DNA of 64,000 nt from an uncultured Bacilli bacterium (GTDB taxonomy: Bacteria; Bacillota_I; Bacilli_A; RF39; UBA660), in the NCBI GenBank assembly GCA_934130545.1, contig CAKOYD010000002.1, forward strand, positions 194,209 to 258,208, read 5' to 3'. The position numbers were made by a program, and so were the translations under genes. Numbering within the stretch: position 1 is the stretch's first letter; each line of letters begins with the position of its first letter. Below, piece after piece: positions 9,936-20,498 of this stretch. The notes under the pieces were generated by a model that saw only the letters and a list, made by a program, of their open reading frames with translations, had not been told where the DNA came from and did no database searches.

Positions 9936-11063
9936 CTATTTGTCATTATCTTTTAAGAATTTTTTATATTTCTTTATAACTGTCGAATTATCTAGTTCAG
10001 TATTTGCTAATGACTCAAATAAACTCTTTTGTTCTTTAGTAAGCTTTTCAGGCATTATTACTTTAACAACAGCATACATATCGCCTTTTCTCTTTGTATT
10101 TACATTTTCAATACCTTTACCACGTAATCTTAATTTATCTAATGATTGTGTTCCACTTGGAATAGTTAATTCAACATTACCATATATTGTTGGTACTTCT
10201 TTAGTACATCCTAATACAGCTTCCGTTATTGTAAGTGGTAAATCTATATAAATATCATCTTCATTTCTCTTATAAAAATCATGATCTTTAACAGTAAACT
10301 CTAAATATAAGTCCCCATTTCTACCACCATTCTCACCAGCTTCACCTTTACCAGTTAATCTTAATCTATTACCATTATCAATGCCAGCAGGTACGGTTAC
10401 TGTAATAGTCTTACTCTTTCTAATCTTTCCTTTACCATTACAGTCAGGACATTTCTTTTCAAATATATTACCTGTCCCGTGACATTCCGGACAAGTTGTC
10501 TTACTAAGAAAACTACCAAACATAGTTCTTTGTTCACTAGAAATCGTTCCACTACCACGACATTCCGGACAAGTTTTAGAATTAAATCCACCTTCACCAT
10601 GACAATTAGGACAATTATCTACTGTATCTAAATTAATATCTTTTTCACAACCATGAACTGCTTCATCAAAGCTAATTGTCATTCGATATAGGACATCATT
10701 ACCTTTTCTCGGACCATTAGCACTTCTTCTAGAATTAGATGAGAATCCAAAACCACCTAGAATATCATCAAAGATGTCCCCCATATCTCCAAAGTCAAAT
10801 CCATCAAATCCTTGGAATCCTCCGGCACCGCCACCATTATTTTGGAAGGCGCTATGACCAAATTGATCATATTTTTTTCTCTTTTCTGGGTCAGACAATA
10901 CGGCATACGCTTCTTGAACTTCTTTAAACTTCTCCGCAGCATTTTCTTCTTTTGAAACATCCGGATGATATTTCTTAGCAAGTTTTCTAAAAGCCGATTT
11001 TATTTCTGCATCAGTAGCTGTCTTTGATACTCCTAAAACCTCATAATAATCTCTTTTATTCAT
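9936..11063 (-). CDS. dnaJ: molecular chaperone DnaJ
   Basis: 375 aa. J-domain ([31 protein letters not shown]), G/F-rich region, and four CxxCxGxG zinc-finger repeats. Confidence 0.95.
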   Translation of the reverse strand: MNKRDYYEVLGVSKTATDAEIKSAFRKLAKKYHPDVSKEENAAEKFKEVQEAYAVLSDPEKRKKYDQFGHSAFQNNGGGAGGFQGFDGFDFGDMGDIFDDILGGFGFSSNSRRSANGPRKGNDVLYRMTISFDEAVHGCEKDINLDTVDNCPNCHGEGGFNSKTCPECRGSGTISSEQRTMFGSFLSKTTCPECHGTGNIFEKKCPDCNGKGKIRKSKTITVTVPAGIDNGNRLRLTGKGEAGENGGRNGDLYLEFTVKDHDFYKRNEDDIYIDLPLTITEAVLGCTKEVPTIYGNVELTIPSGTQSLDKLRLRGKGIENVNTKRKGDMYAVVKVIMPEKLTKEQKSLFESLANTELDNSTVIKKYKKFLKDNDK

Positions 11064-11114
11064 CTTTACACCTTTCTAATAAAGTAGTAGTTCTAGTTTC
11101 CTAGAACTACATTT

Positions 11115-12941
<1,827 letters not shown>

Positions 12942-13154
12942 TTATTCACCTTTCTCTTTATATTTAACATCTATTACTCTTTCATCATTATCTTTGCTGT
13001 TCTTTTTATTTTTTATTAATTTAGTATATATGTAATAAGCAAGTACTGCTACTAAGATAATAGGAAGAAGCCATATTGCTACTCTAACTATTATCACAGA
13101 TACAAGTATTGCTATAAAGATATATAATATTTCCTTAACGGTATCTTTATTCAT
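12942..13154 (-). CDS. small two-TM membrane protein encoded between grpE and dnaK
   Basis: 70-aa ORF with two hydrophobic helices. Overlaps the grpE stop by 8 nt and ends 4 nt before dnaK. Coding is supported only by ORF integrity and tight packing within the operon. Confidence 0.4.
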   Translation of the reverse strand: MNKDTVKEILYIFIAILVSVIIVRVAIWLLPIILVAVLAYYIYTKLIKNKKNSKDNDERVIDVKYKEKGE

Positions 13155-13689
13155 CTATCTTATTCACCTTAACCATCGCAGGACGTATTACTTTATCCTT
13201 ATACATATAACCTTTCTGAAGTACCTCTAAAACGATACCATTTGGTTTATTCTGATCACAATCAGTCATAATTGCTTGGTGATAACTAGCATCAAATTCC
13301 ATATCTTGAGCAAGTATCTCTTTTACTTCATACTTCTCTAATAAACTCTTAGTTTGGTTATAAACCATTTTAATACCCTCTAAAAACTTATTAGCATCTT
13401 CACTTATTGTATCTTTAACAACAAGTGCTCTTTCAAAGTTATCAAGAATTGGTAAAAAGCCTGTAACAATATCTTCATTAGCATACTTTAACATTCTTGA
13501 TACTTCTTCATCCCTTCTTCTTTTATAATTTTGCAATTCTGCTTGATTTCTTAATAAAGATTCCTCTAAAGTTTTAATTCTATTACCAAGTAAATCAATC
13601 TCTTGATTATTATTCTCTACTGCTTCTTCAATAGAAGTTTCTTTATTAATATTTTCTTTTTTCTCTTTCTTCTTATTTTCCATATTCAT
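13147..13689 (-). CDS. grpE: nucleotide exchange factor GrpE
   Basis: 180 aa with N-terminal coiled-coil and GrpE C-terminal core (…RRRDEE…GFLPILDNFERAL…). Positioned within the hrcA-grpE-dnaK-dnaJ operon. Confidence 0.9.
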   Translation of the reverse strand: MNMENKKKEKKENINKETSIEEAVENNNQEIDLLGNRIKTLEESLLRNQAELQNYKRRRDEEVSRMLKYANEDIVTGFLPILDNFERALVVKDTISEDANKFLEGIKMVYNQTKSLLEKYEVKEILAQDMEFDASYHQAIMTDCDQNKPNGIVLEVLQKGYMYKDKVIRPAMVKVNKIDE

Positions 13690-13693
13690 TCCT

Positions 13694-14686
13694 TTAACTA
13701 TTATTTAAATTATCATTAATATAATTAAGTAAAGTAATTACTCTATCATATTCCATTCTTTTAGGACCTACAATAGCAATAGTACCTTCTTCACCATTAT
13801 AATTATATTTTGTTTTAATTACTGATACATCATCACTTAATTCATTCTCTGTTCCAATATAAATATTAATACCATTCTTATCTTCGCTCATTTCATTAAT
13901 TAATGAAGCATCATCAAACTTACTTAGTAATTGTTTAACTTTATCAATATTATTAAACTCTGGTTGCTTTAACATATTAGCCCTACCAACAAAGTGTACA
14001 TCACTAGTTTTAGAAGTAAACTCTGAAAAAGCATCATAGAAGGCATTATATAAAGTAGCATATTGTTTAACATATCTACTAATTACTGGTTTTACATCAT
14101 ATTCTAGCTTTTCATTAATCTCATCAATAGGAGTATCTACTAATAACTTATTAATAAGCTCCACTGTCTTTGTTAATTCTTCACTAGATGCATCACCAAT
14201 ATTCATGTTCTTATATTCCACATGACCTTTATCAGTTATCAGCATCATTACTACTTTACCTTGTTCTAATGGAATAACTTCTACTTTCTTTAAACGATTA
14301 TCTTTAGAACTATTACCTAACACTACTGCTGTATAGTTAGTTAATTCTGATATTAATTCAATGCTTTTCTTTATTGCATCACTTAGTTCTAACGAATTAT
14401 TAGAAAATATTGTTTGTAATTTAAGCATATCTTCACCAGTTAAATCTTTTGGTTTCATTAAGTTTTCAACATAGTACCTATATCCAAGTTCACTAGGAGT
14501 TCGACCTGAAGCAAAATGATTTTTCTCCAAGTATCCTAAATCTTCCAAGATAACCATTTCATTTCTTATTGTTGCTGATGAACAATTAAGAAAATTACAA
14601 ATACTATTTGAACTTACTGGTCTAGCTGATTTAATATACTCTTCCACAATAAATTTTAATATTTCTTTCTGTCTATTTGATATCAA
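13694..14686 (-). CDS. hrcA: heat-inducible transcriptional repressor HrcA
   Basis: 330 aa, winged-helix N-terminus (RQKEILKFIVEEYIKSARPVSS). First gene of the dnaK operon. CIRCE operators lie upstream. Confidence 0.9.
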   Translation of the reverse strand: MISNRQKEILKFIVEEYIKSARPVSSNSICNFLNCSSATIRNEMVILEDLGYLEKNHFASGRTPSELGYRYYVENLMKPKDLTGEDMLKLQTIFSNNSLELSDAIKKSIELISELTNYTAVVLGNSSKDNRLKKVEVIPLEQGKVVMMLITDKGHVEYKNMNIGDASSEELTKTVELINKLLVDTPIDEINEKLEYDVKPVISRYVKQYATLYNAFYDAFSEFTSKTSDVHFVGRANMLKQPEFNNIDKVKQLLSKFDDASLINEMSEDKNGINIYIGTENELSDDVSVIKTKYNYNGEEGTIAIVGPKRMEYDRVITLLNYINDNLNNS

Positions 14687-14699
14687 TATATCACTTCCC

Positions 14700-14726
14700 T
14701 TAGCAATACTATTTTACGATTGCTAA
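14700..14726. promoter_or_regulatory. CIRCE operator copy 1 (HrcA binding site) in the hrcA leader
   Basis: TTAGCAATA-N9-GATTGCTAA matches the CIRCE inverted repeat TTAGCACTC-N9-GAGTGCTAA. Located just downstream of the -10 element. Confidence 0.8.
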
Positions 14727-14730
14727 ATAA

Positions 14731-14759
14731 ATTATATGACAATCTTTTAGCAATGTCAA
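14731..14759 (-). promoter_or_regulatory. sigma-A promoter of the hrcA-grpE-dnaK-dnaJ operon
   Basis: On the minus strand TTGACA-17 nt-TATAAT is a perfect consensus. The -35 element is embedded in the second CIRCE copy. Confidence 0.75.
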
Positions 14760-14773
14760 CACTTTTCTGCTAA
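14747..14773. promoter_or_regulatory. CIRCE-like operator copy 2 overlapping the -35 element
   Basis: TTAGCAATG-N9-TTCTGCTAA is a degenerate CIRCE inverted repeat. Confidence 0.55.
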
Positions 14774-14813
14774 ATATTTAAAAAAATAAAAAATAGCTTA
14801 ACTTTTCGTTAAA

Positions 14814-15698
14814 CTATCTTATCTTACCCTGTCCTAATGTTACAGTTTTATGTCTTTCTCTATCACTTAAAAATACTTTATACCAAGGATTATCTTTACT
14901 TACACCTAACTTATTAAGCATATCTATAAAATCTTTTTCATTTAAAAGTAATAATTCTGATCTTAAAATAATACTAGCTCTTAATAAATCTTGACCATAA
15001 AAACTATTATAAGCAACATCTTCTGGATTTGTTGATAAAACTATTTTACATAACAAGAATTGATTACCCTCTAATATCTTATGAGCAAACTCTCTTTTAC
15101 TACTATCAATAAATTCTACTGGAATATGTTTTATATTTGCTTCTAAATATGATGTTAAATAAATAGAAGGTTCTGTCTTATAATAACGTTCAATCAAAGA
15201 GTCTTCAATACCAACACCCATAACATATATATAAAAGTATTTAAATGTACATAGCATCTTTCTTAAACCAAAATCATTTATTTTTGATAAGTATTCATCA
15301 ATAAAAGATAAATGTATACTAGTAGATTCTCCCGTAACAATATACTTTGCTTGTAACTCTCCTCTATTCAAAACAACATACTCATTTTCAATACCATTAG
15401 ATACTAATTGTTTAGTACACAAAATATTCACCCTAGACATAACATCATCAACATCTATTTGACTATTATATTGCTTTACATATTCTTTATAACTATCATT
15501 AGTAGCACTAAGTAATTCACCCATATTTAACGTTTTTAATATTTCATTTTGTCTTTCAATAGCCATCTTTATCATTCCAACAAGACTAGTAAAACTAGAA
15601 TTATATCGTTTCATTACTTCTCTTTCACATAATTCATTATAATATCTACAAATATCTGCTTCAAGTTTTAATAATTCAATTATATTTGCACTTTCCAT
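14814..15698 (-). CDS. hypothetical cytoplasmic protein
   Basis: 294-aa intact ORF between hrcA and tsf. No recognised motifs. Confidence 0.4.
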   Translation of the reverse strand: MESANIIELLKLEADICRYYNELCEREVMKRYNSSFTSLVGMIKMAIERQNEILKTLNMGELLSATNDSYKEYVKQYNSQIDVDDVMSRVNILCTKQLVSNGIENEYVVLNRGELQAKYIVTGESTSIHLSFIDEYLSKINDFGLRKMLCTFKYFYIYVMGVGIEDSLIERYYKTEPSIYLTSYLEANIKHIPVEFIDSSKREFAHKILEGNQFLLCKIVLSTNPEDVAYNSFYGQDLLRASIILRSELLLLNEKDFIDMLNKLGVSKDNPWYKVFLSDRERHKTVTLGQGKIR

Positions 15699-15794
15699 AG
15701 TAATCCCCCTTAACGATGATGTATTATAGCATAAACAGTTGTATGTGTCAACTACAAAAGAAAAAGAGCTATATTCACTATAACTCTTAATATA

Positions 15795-16664
15795 TTATCC
15801 ATTAATTTGTTTCATAACTTCATCAGCAAAGTTTTCTTCTCTTTTTTCCATTCCTTCGCCAACTTCATATCTAACAAACTTAAGAATTTCACTTTTATTA
15901 TTTTCAACATACTTAGATACTTTTGTCTTATTTTCTTTAATAAATCCTTGATCTACTAAACATACTTCTTCAAAGTATTTATTAAGTCTACCATTAACAA
16001 TCATATCTATCTTGTTTTCTGCTAGTCCTTCATTAACTGCAGTTTCTTTTAAAATAGTTCTTTCTTTTTCTACTACTTCACTAGGTACTACTTCTCTATT
16101 TAAATATAATGGATGCATAGCAGCTACTTGCATAGCAACATCTTTAGCAACTTCTTCATTACTTGTTAATAATGTTAAAGCAACTATTTTACCACCCATG
16201 TGTGAATATGTACCAAATACTTCACTATCTTTCTTTTCAATTACTTCAAATCTTCTAAAAGATAATTTTTCTCCAATAGTAGATATTTTCTCAACTATTA
16301 ATTCTTCAATAGTCTTACCATCTACTGTTAATTTAGAAGCTTCTTCTACAGTTGTAGCATCACTATCTAAAACAGTATCAGCAATTATATTAATAAGATT
16401 CTTAAACTCTTCATTTTTAGCAACAAAGTCAGTTTCAGAATTTAATTCAAGAATTATAGCTTTATTACCTTTTACTTTAGCCAAAGCAAGACCTTCAGCA
16501 GCTATTCTACTAGATTTCTTAGCAGCTTTAGATATACCTTTTTCTCTTAACCAAGTAATTGCTTCTTCCATATTACCATTTGATTCTTCTAATGCTTTCT
16601 TGCAATCTAACATTCCAGCACCAGTTGTCTCTCTTAGTTCTTTTACCATACTTGCACTAATCAT
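15795..16664 (-). CDS. tsf: translation elongation factor Ts
   Basis: 289 aa. N-terminal UBA-like VKELRETTGAGMLDCKKAL. Immediately downstream of rpsB. Confidence 0.93.
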   Translation of the reverse strand: MISASMVKELRETTGAGMLDCKKALEESNGNMEEAITWLREKGISKAAKKSSRIAAEGLALAKVKGNKAIILELNSETDFVAKNEEFKNLINIIADTVLDSDATTVEEASKLTVDGKTIEELIVEKISTIGEKLSFRRFEVIEKKDSEVFGTYSHMGGKIVALTLLTSNEEVAKDVAMQVAAMHPLYLNREVVPSEVVEKERTILKETAVNEGLAENKIDMIVNGRLNKYFEEVCLVDQGFIKENKTKVSKYVENNKSEILKFVRYEVGEGMEKREENFADEVMKQING

Positions 16665-16683
16665 AAAACGCTCCTCTCTTCTT

Positions 16684-17652
16684 TTATTTTAAAGCATCAA
16701 TTAGTTCTTCTTTTTTTAATTTTGAATAACCTTTAATTTCTTTCTTCTTAGCAAGTTCACGAAGTTCGCTTACTGTTAGAATAGTTAAGTCAATCTTTGT
16801 TTCATTATTAACTGCTACTTCTGGCTTTTCAACAACAGTTTCTGTTTTAACTTCTTTTCTTACTTTTTTGTCAAATTTCTTTTCGTTATTCTTTTCACTT
16901 TTGTCATTATTTCTTTCAAAGTTTCTTACTTGTTTTTTAGATTCATCTTCAGTTACATAGTCAACTACTTCTTTTCCAGTAGCTTCGGCGATAGCATTTG
17001 TTAAAGCTCCTAATACTACTTTAATTGATTTAACAGCATCATCATTTCCTGGTATTACATAATCAATATTATCAGGATCACAGTTAGTATCAATTAATCC
17101 AAATACTGGAATACCTAACTTATTAGCTTCTCTAATAGCATTATATTCCTTAGTTGAATCTACAATAATAACTGCTTGTGGTAATTTATCCATATCTCTA
17201 ATACCACATAAGTTCTTATTTAACTTATCATACTCTTTCTTTAAATCAATTACTTCTTTTTTAGGTAATTTTTCAAAAGTTCCGTCTTCTTCCATCTTTT
17301 CGATTTCTGCTAAACGATAAACTCTCTTTCTTATTGTTCTGAAATTAGTTAATGTTCCACCTAACCATCTTTCAGTCATATAATACATACCTGTTCTAGT
17401 TGCTTCTTCAATACAAACATCAGATGCTTGTTTCTTAGTACCTACATATAGTACCTTTCCACCATCTTCTACGATTTTTTTTAAAGCATTGTATGCTCTT
17501 TCAAGTGAATCTTGTGTTTTTTGTAAGTCCATGATATAAATATCATCTCTTGTAGAGTAAATATACTCTTTCATTTTTGGATTCCATCTTTTAGTCTGAT
17601 GACCAAATTGAACTCCACCTTCTAGTAAATAACTCATTGCTACTACTGACAT
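16684..17652 (-). CDS. rpsB: 30S ribosomal protein S2 with a C-terminal extension ending in a Rho_N/SAP-like helix-hairpin-helix
   Basis: S2 core ([22 protein letters not shown]…). Likely start ATG at 17652 with AAGGAGG RBS; the ORF track extends to 17682. About 80 extra C-terminal residues end in [34 protein letters not shown], which resembles the Rho N-terminal domain signature. Confidence 0.9.
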   Translation of the reverse strand: MSVVAMSYLLEGGVQFGHQTKRWNPKMKEYIYSTRDDIYIMDLQKTQDSLERAYNALKKIVEDGGKVLYVGTKKQASDVCIEEATRTGMYYMTERWLGGTLTNFRTIRKRVYRLAEIEKMEEDGTFEKLPKKEVIDLKKEYDKLNKNLCGIRDMDKLPQAVIIVDSTKEYNAIREANKLGIPVFGLIDTNCDPDNIDYVIPGNDDAVKSIKVVLGALTNAIAEATGKEVVDYVTEDESKKQVRNFERNNDKSEKNNEKKFDKKVRKEVKTETVVEKPEVAVNNETKIDLTILTVSELRELAKKKEIKGYSKLKKEELIDALK

Positions 17653-17848
17653 ATTTTTTCCTCCTTTTGTTTTTTCTTCCAAATATCTCTTCTCTATATA
17701 CCACTTATTTATAAATAAGCACTAGATATATAAATCAATATTTGTGCTAATTTAAGAAAAGCCATTAATAATATATCATAAAATAGTCAATAATACAAAT
17801 GTTTTTTATTATAAATTAAAAATATTTGTATCTCCTTACCAAAATAGA

Positions 17849-17878
17849 TTGACAATCATTTTTTTAGTATATTATAAT
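17849..17878 (+). promoter_or_regulatory. sigma-A-type promoter for the 17904 gene
   Basis: TTGACA-18 nt-TATAAT located about 25 nt upstream of the GGAGAG RBS. Confidence 0.5.
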
Positions 17879-17903
17879 TAATACATACTAAAAGGAGAGA
17901 AAA

Positions 17904-18389
17904 ATGACAGAAACATTAGCTAGTACTCTAGCAGAATTATTTAAAGGTGGCGGTAAAGAAGTAGCCATATTCATTATTTCTTTATTACCTATTCTAGAAC
18001 TAAGAGGAGGCTTAATTGCCGCCAGAATACTTGGCGTAAAGTTTATAAAAGCCTTTATTATATGTTATATTGCTAATATTCTACCAGTACCATTTATTCT
18101 ACTATTTATCAACTATTTATTTAATAAAATGAGTAAATGGAAACCAACTAAAAAAATAGTAGATTGGCTTAGTAATAAAACATTAAAAAAGAAAGATCAA
18201 ATTGATAAATATGGTTACTTTGGTCTATTCTTATTTGTAGGTATACCACTACCTGGAACAGGTGCTTGGACAGGATCATTACTTGCTATCCTACTTAACC
18301 TAGATAAAAAGAAATCATTTGTAACTATAGCCATAGGTGTCCTAGCCGCAGGTATTATCATGAGCCTACTATCTTATGGAATATTTTAA
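17904..18389 (+). CDS. small integral membrane protein (COG2426 / small multidrug-export-like family)
   Basis: 161 aa with 4 predicted TM helices. LPILELRGG motif typical of the PF06695-like family. Confidence 0.5.
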   Translation: MTETLASTLAELFKGGGKEVAIFIISLLPILELRGGLIAARILGVKFIKAFIICYIANILPVPFILLFINYLFNKMSKWKPTKKIVDWLSNKTLKKKDQIDKYGYFGLFLFVGIPLPGTGAWTGSLLAILLNLDKKKSFVTIAIGVLAAGIIMSLLSYGIF

Positions 18390-18422
18390 AACTCAAGAAA
18401 CTAAAATCTCTTGAGTTTATTT

Positions 18423-20195
18423 TTATTTAACTATATATGGTTCTGTAGCAGTACCTAATCCTCCCCCTGTCACCGTTATCCCTTGTTTAAGTGAAACTAC
18501 AGGGCGCCCACCGAGCGAACCCGTAACGCTGTTTTCGGCGACAATCCCAGAGGAACGCAAATCGATCTCGCCAGCACCCCAGTCGTAGAAGAGAGACGGA
18601 GAAAAGGACCAATTATAAAAACCATTATACAAGTAATATGATGTATTTGTTTGCCATACCACTCCACCTGCAAAAGCCATTTCTTCCGCTGTAATCATTC
18701 CTACTGGATATGTTAACTCGCCATTACCATTATCCGTACTAACTGTAAACTTATCTATTTGTCTTGGACATACTAAACTTAACTTTCTATTTAATAGCCT
18801 TTGAACACTGCCAAAATATAACCACTTATTATAGTTACTGTAATCTTTATTCCAACCACTAGTACTTAAATTATAATATGTTCTATCATTACAAAATCCA
18901 GTATCTTCTAATTGTAATGTATAACTAGTCATATTAGTTTTATACCAAGTATCTATCTTTACTTTAGCATTTGATTCTTTAACATTAATGTCACCTTCAA
19001 ACATTTCATTTAGTAAATCAACTGGTTTCTTACCATTCGTTAGAGTGAAATAGTAAGTATATTTGTCTTCACTATAAATAATGTGTATATAGTATACACT
19101 TTGACAACTAGTACCTGAACTAAAGCAAGTATAATGATATTTGTCAGTATAGTTACTATATTCAGTACCCCAGCTACTTGGATCAGTTAATGTTTTAGTA
19201 TCTTTTAGTGTATATTTCCCTGTACTTGCATCGTACGTAGCATCATTTCCAAACACTATTGAACCTGTTAATGTTGTTATATCTTTGCTTGATGCAGTAT
19301 ATACCGTATTATACATGTATCCAACATATGCCGGAGAATTATAATTTGTATTAAATTGAATATTACCTATCGTAGTAGCACTACCTGTATTATTACATTG
19401 TCCATTAGAAGGTACACCATTATATATTAACTTAACCCCACCTGTTTCTGTTGTTCTTATTATTTTCCAGCAGAAGTTGGCAAATAATACATTATTATCT
19501 ACTGCTCCACGATAGTAATATACTGGTATATTACCTTCGGTATTAGTTGTCATATAGATGCCATTAGTACTACTAGCATCAGATGTTTTACTAAAATCAA
19601 TAGTTGTAGTAGTATCGGCATTATTTTTTATATAATCATATAATGGCTCTCCACCAATTAATACAGTACCATCACTATCTTCTACATCTTTAACTGCTAT
19701 ACCACTAGAAGTTAAATTAGCATTAAACTTCTTACCTAATATATCAGAAGAAGATACAGTATCAGGTATCCATAATTTAATAGTAAATGTTCTAGAAGAA
19801 CCTGGATTTAATATAACATCTCTAATTATTATATTACTATCACTAGACAATATAGCAGGGTTTTCCCCATCCATAGATACTTTAATGAAACTACTATCTA
19901 AAGTACTATTACTCATAGGTTCTAATATAACATTAAACTTATATGCTAAAGTACCTACATTGGTAATAGTAATAGTAGTTTCATTAGAATTCATACCATC
20001 AGTATCACTCATAGGATAAACATTATTTAAGTTTATACTTACATTACTATAACTTAATTTTAATGTACCAGTACTATAATTTTGTACAATAGAACTTACT
20101 TCACTAGTAAATAATGCATAAGTTTCTTTACCAATAGATACAAATAACATTAAAACAATTAATATTAACAATAATTTTTTATTTCTACTATTCAT
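18423..20195 (-). CDS. large secreted protein with a SipW-cognate (TasA/camelysin-type) signal peptide; 3' end compositionally atypical
   Basis: 590 aa. N-terminus MNSRNKKLLLILIVLMLFVSIGKETYALFTSEVSS matches the SipW-cognate signal class (…GTYAYFSDTE…). S/T/N/Y-rich body. The last ~60 codons are GC-rich with atypical codons. Confidence 0.7.
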   Translation of the reverse strand: MNSRNKKLLLILIVLMLFVSIGKETYALFTSEVSSIVQNYSTGTLKLSYSNVSINLNNVYPMSDTDGMNSNETTITITNVGTLAYKFNVILEPMSNSTLDSSFIKVSMDGENPAILSSDSNIIIRDVILNPGSSRTFTIKLWIPDTVSSSDILGKKFNANLTSSGIAVKDVEDSDGTVLIGGEPLYDYIKNNADTTTTIDFSKTSDASSTNGIYMTTNTEGNIPVYYYRGAVDNNVLFANFCWKIIRTTETGGVKLIYNGVPSNGQCNNTGSATTIGNIQFNTNYNSPAYVGYMYNTVYTASSKDITTLTGSIVFGNDATYDASTGKYTLKDTKTLTDPSSWGTEYSNYTDKYHYTCFSSGTSCQSVYYIHIIYSEDKYTYYFTLTNGKKPVDLLNEMFEGDINVKESNAKVKIDTWYKTNMTSYTLQLEDTGFCNDRTYYNLSTSGWNKDYSNYNKWLYFGSVQRLLNRKLSLVCPRQIDKFTVSTDNGNGELTYPVGMITAEEMAFAGGVVWQTNTSYYLYNGFYNWSFSPSLFYDWGAGEIDLRSSGIVAENSVTGSLGGRPVVSLKQGITVTGGGLGTATEPYIVK

Positions 20196-20223
20196 AAACG
20201 TACAATCCTTTCCACAATAAAAA

Positions 20224-20270
20224 TACTATGACAAAAAGAGTCTAATTACTTAAACTCTACTGTCATAGTA
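20224..20270 (-). terminator. terminator-like or attenuator hairpin ~25 nt upstream of the 590-aa gene start
   Basis: On the minus strand an inner hairpin GAGUUUAAG-UAA-UUAGACUC is nested in a perfect 10-bp outer stem (UACUAUGACA…UGUCAUAGUA) and followed by UUUUUAUUG. The inner hairpin plus U-run is conserved upstream of the 36611..40201 gene. Confidence 0.55.
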
Positions 20271-20295
20271 TTTATTATTTAAACAAACAACTGTA

Positions 20296-20355
20296 TTATT
20301 TAGCCCCACCCCCAAGTAAACTTGGAGTTAACTTATATATTACCATTTTATTCAT
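20296..20355 (-). CDS. putative leader uORF (MNKMVIYKLTPSLLGGGAK) spanning the G tract
   Basis: ATG lies 9 nt after an AAAGGAGUU Shine-Dalgarno-like element. The RBS-to-ATG spacing is conserved in the paralogous leader at 40244..40348. It may be non-coding because the RBS is predicted to pair in a conserved stem. Confidence 0.3.
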   Translation of the reverse strand: MNKMVIYKLTPSLLGGGAK

Positions 20356-20441
20356 AATTTTTAACTCCTTTCTAGCAAACATTTGTTTACTGTACTATTT
20401 ACTTGAGAAGAATTCTTGTTTGCTCTTCTTATTTTAAATTA

Positions 20442-20470
20442 ATTATAAACTAAATTATCTCTATATGCAA
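20442..20470 (-). promoter_or_regulatory. sigma-A promoter driving leader A and the 590-aa gene
   Basis: Minus strand TTGCAT-17 nt-TATAAT, about 80 nt upstream of the uORF. Immediately downstream of the XRE regulator gene. Confidence 0.6.
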
Positions 20471-20498
20471 GATATTTTAATAATAAAATTATATTAAA

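Larger units (their letters stand above)
20196..20435 (-). promoter_or_regulatory. conserved structured 5' leader (copy A) of a large secreted-protein gene: candidate riboswitch, attenuator or phase-variation element
   Basis: Shares ordered blocks with 40202..40415: UAGAAAGGAGUUAA, a hairpin whose 3' arm is a G tract, UAAUACANUUGUUUGUUU, the hairpin GAGUUUAAG…UUAGACUC, and UUUUUGUCAU. Compensatory base changes occur in the G-tract hairpin. Confidence 0.6.

Noticed and set aside
16012-16692. 226-aa plus-strand ORF antisense to tsf
   Set aside because: It overlaps tsf, a universally conserved gene, and gives an S/L/T-rich low-complexity product. Shadow ORF. The same applies to 7392..7586, 9925..10251, 10397..10600, 10739..10927, 10757..10981, 30336..30530, 36147..36338, 48149..48463, 55738..55995, 55901..56104 and 62160..62468.
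20296-20355. Treating the leader uORFs as certainly translated Gly-sensing leader peptides
   Set aside because: Any frame through a G10/G9 tract encodes Gly-Gly-Gly, so the Gly run is not independent evidence. The putative RBS is predicted to be base-paired in a conserved stem. The uORFs are therefore kept as a low-confidence hypothesis within the leader finding rather than as a separate strong claim.
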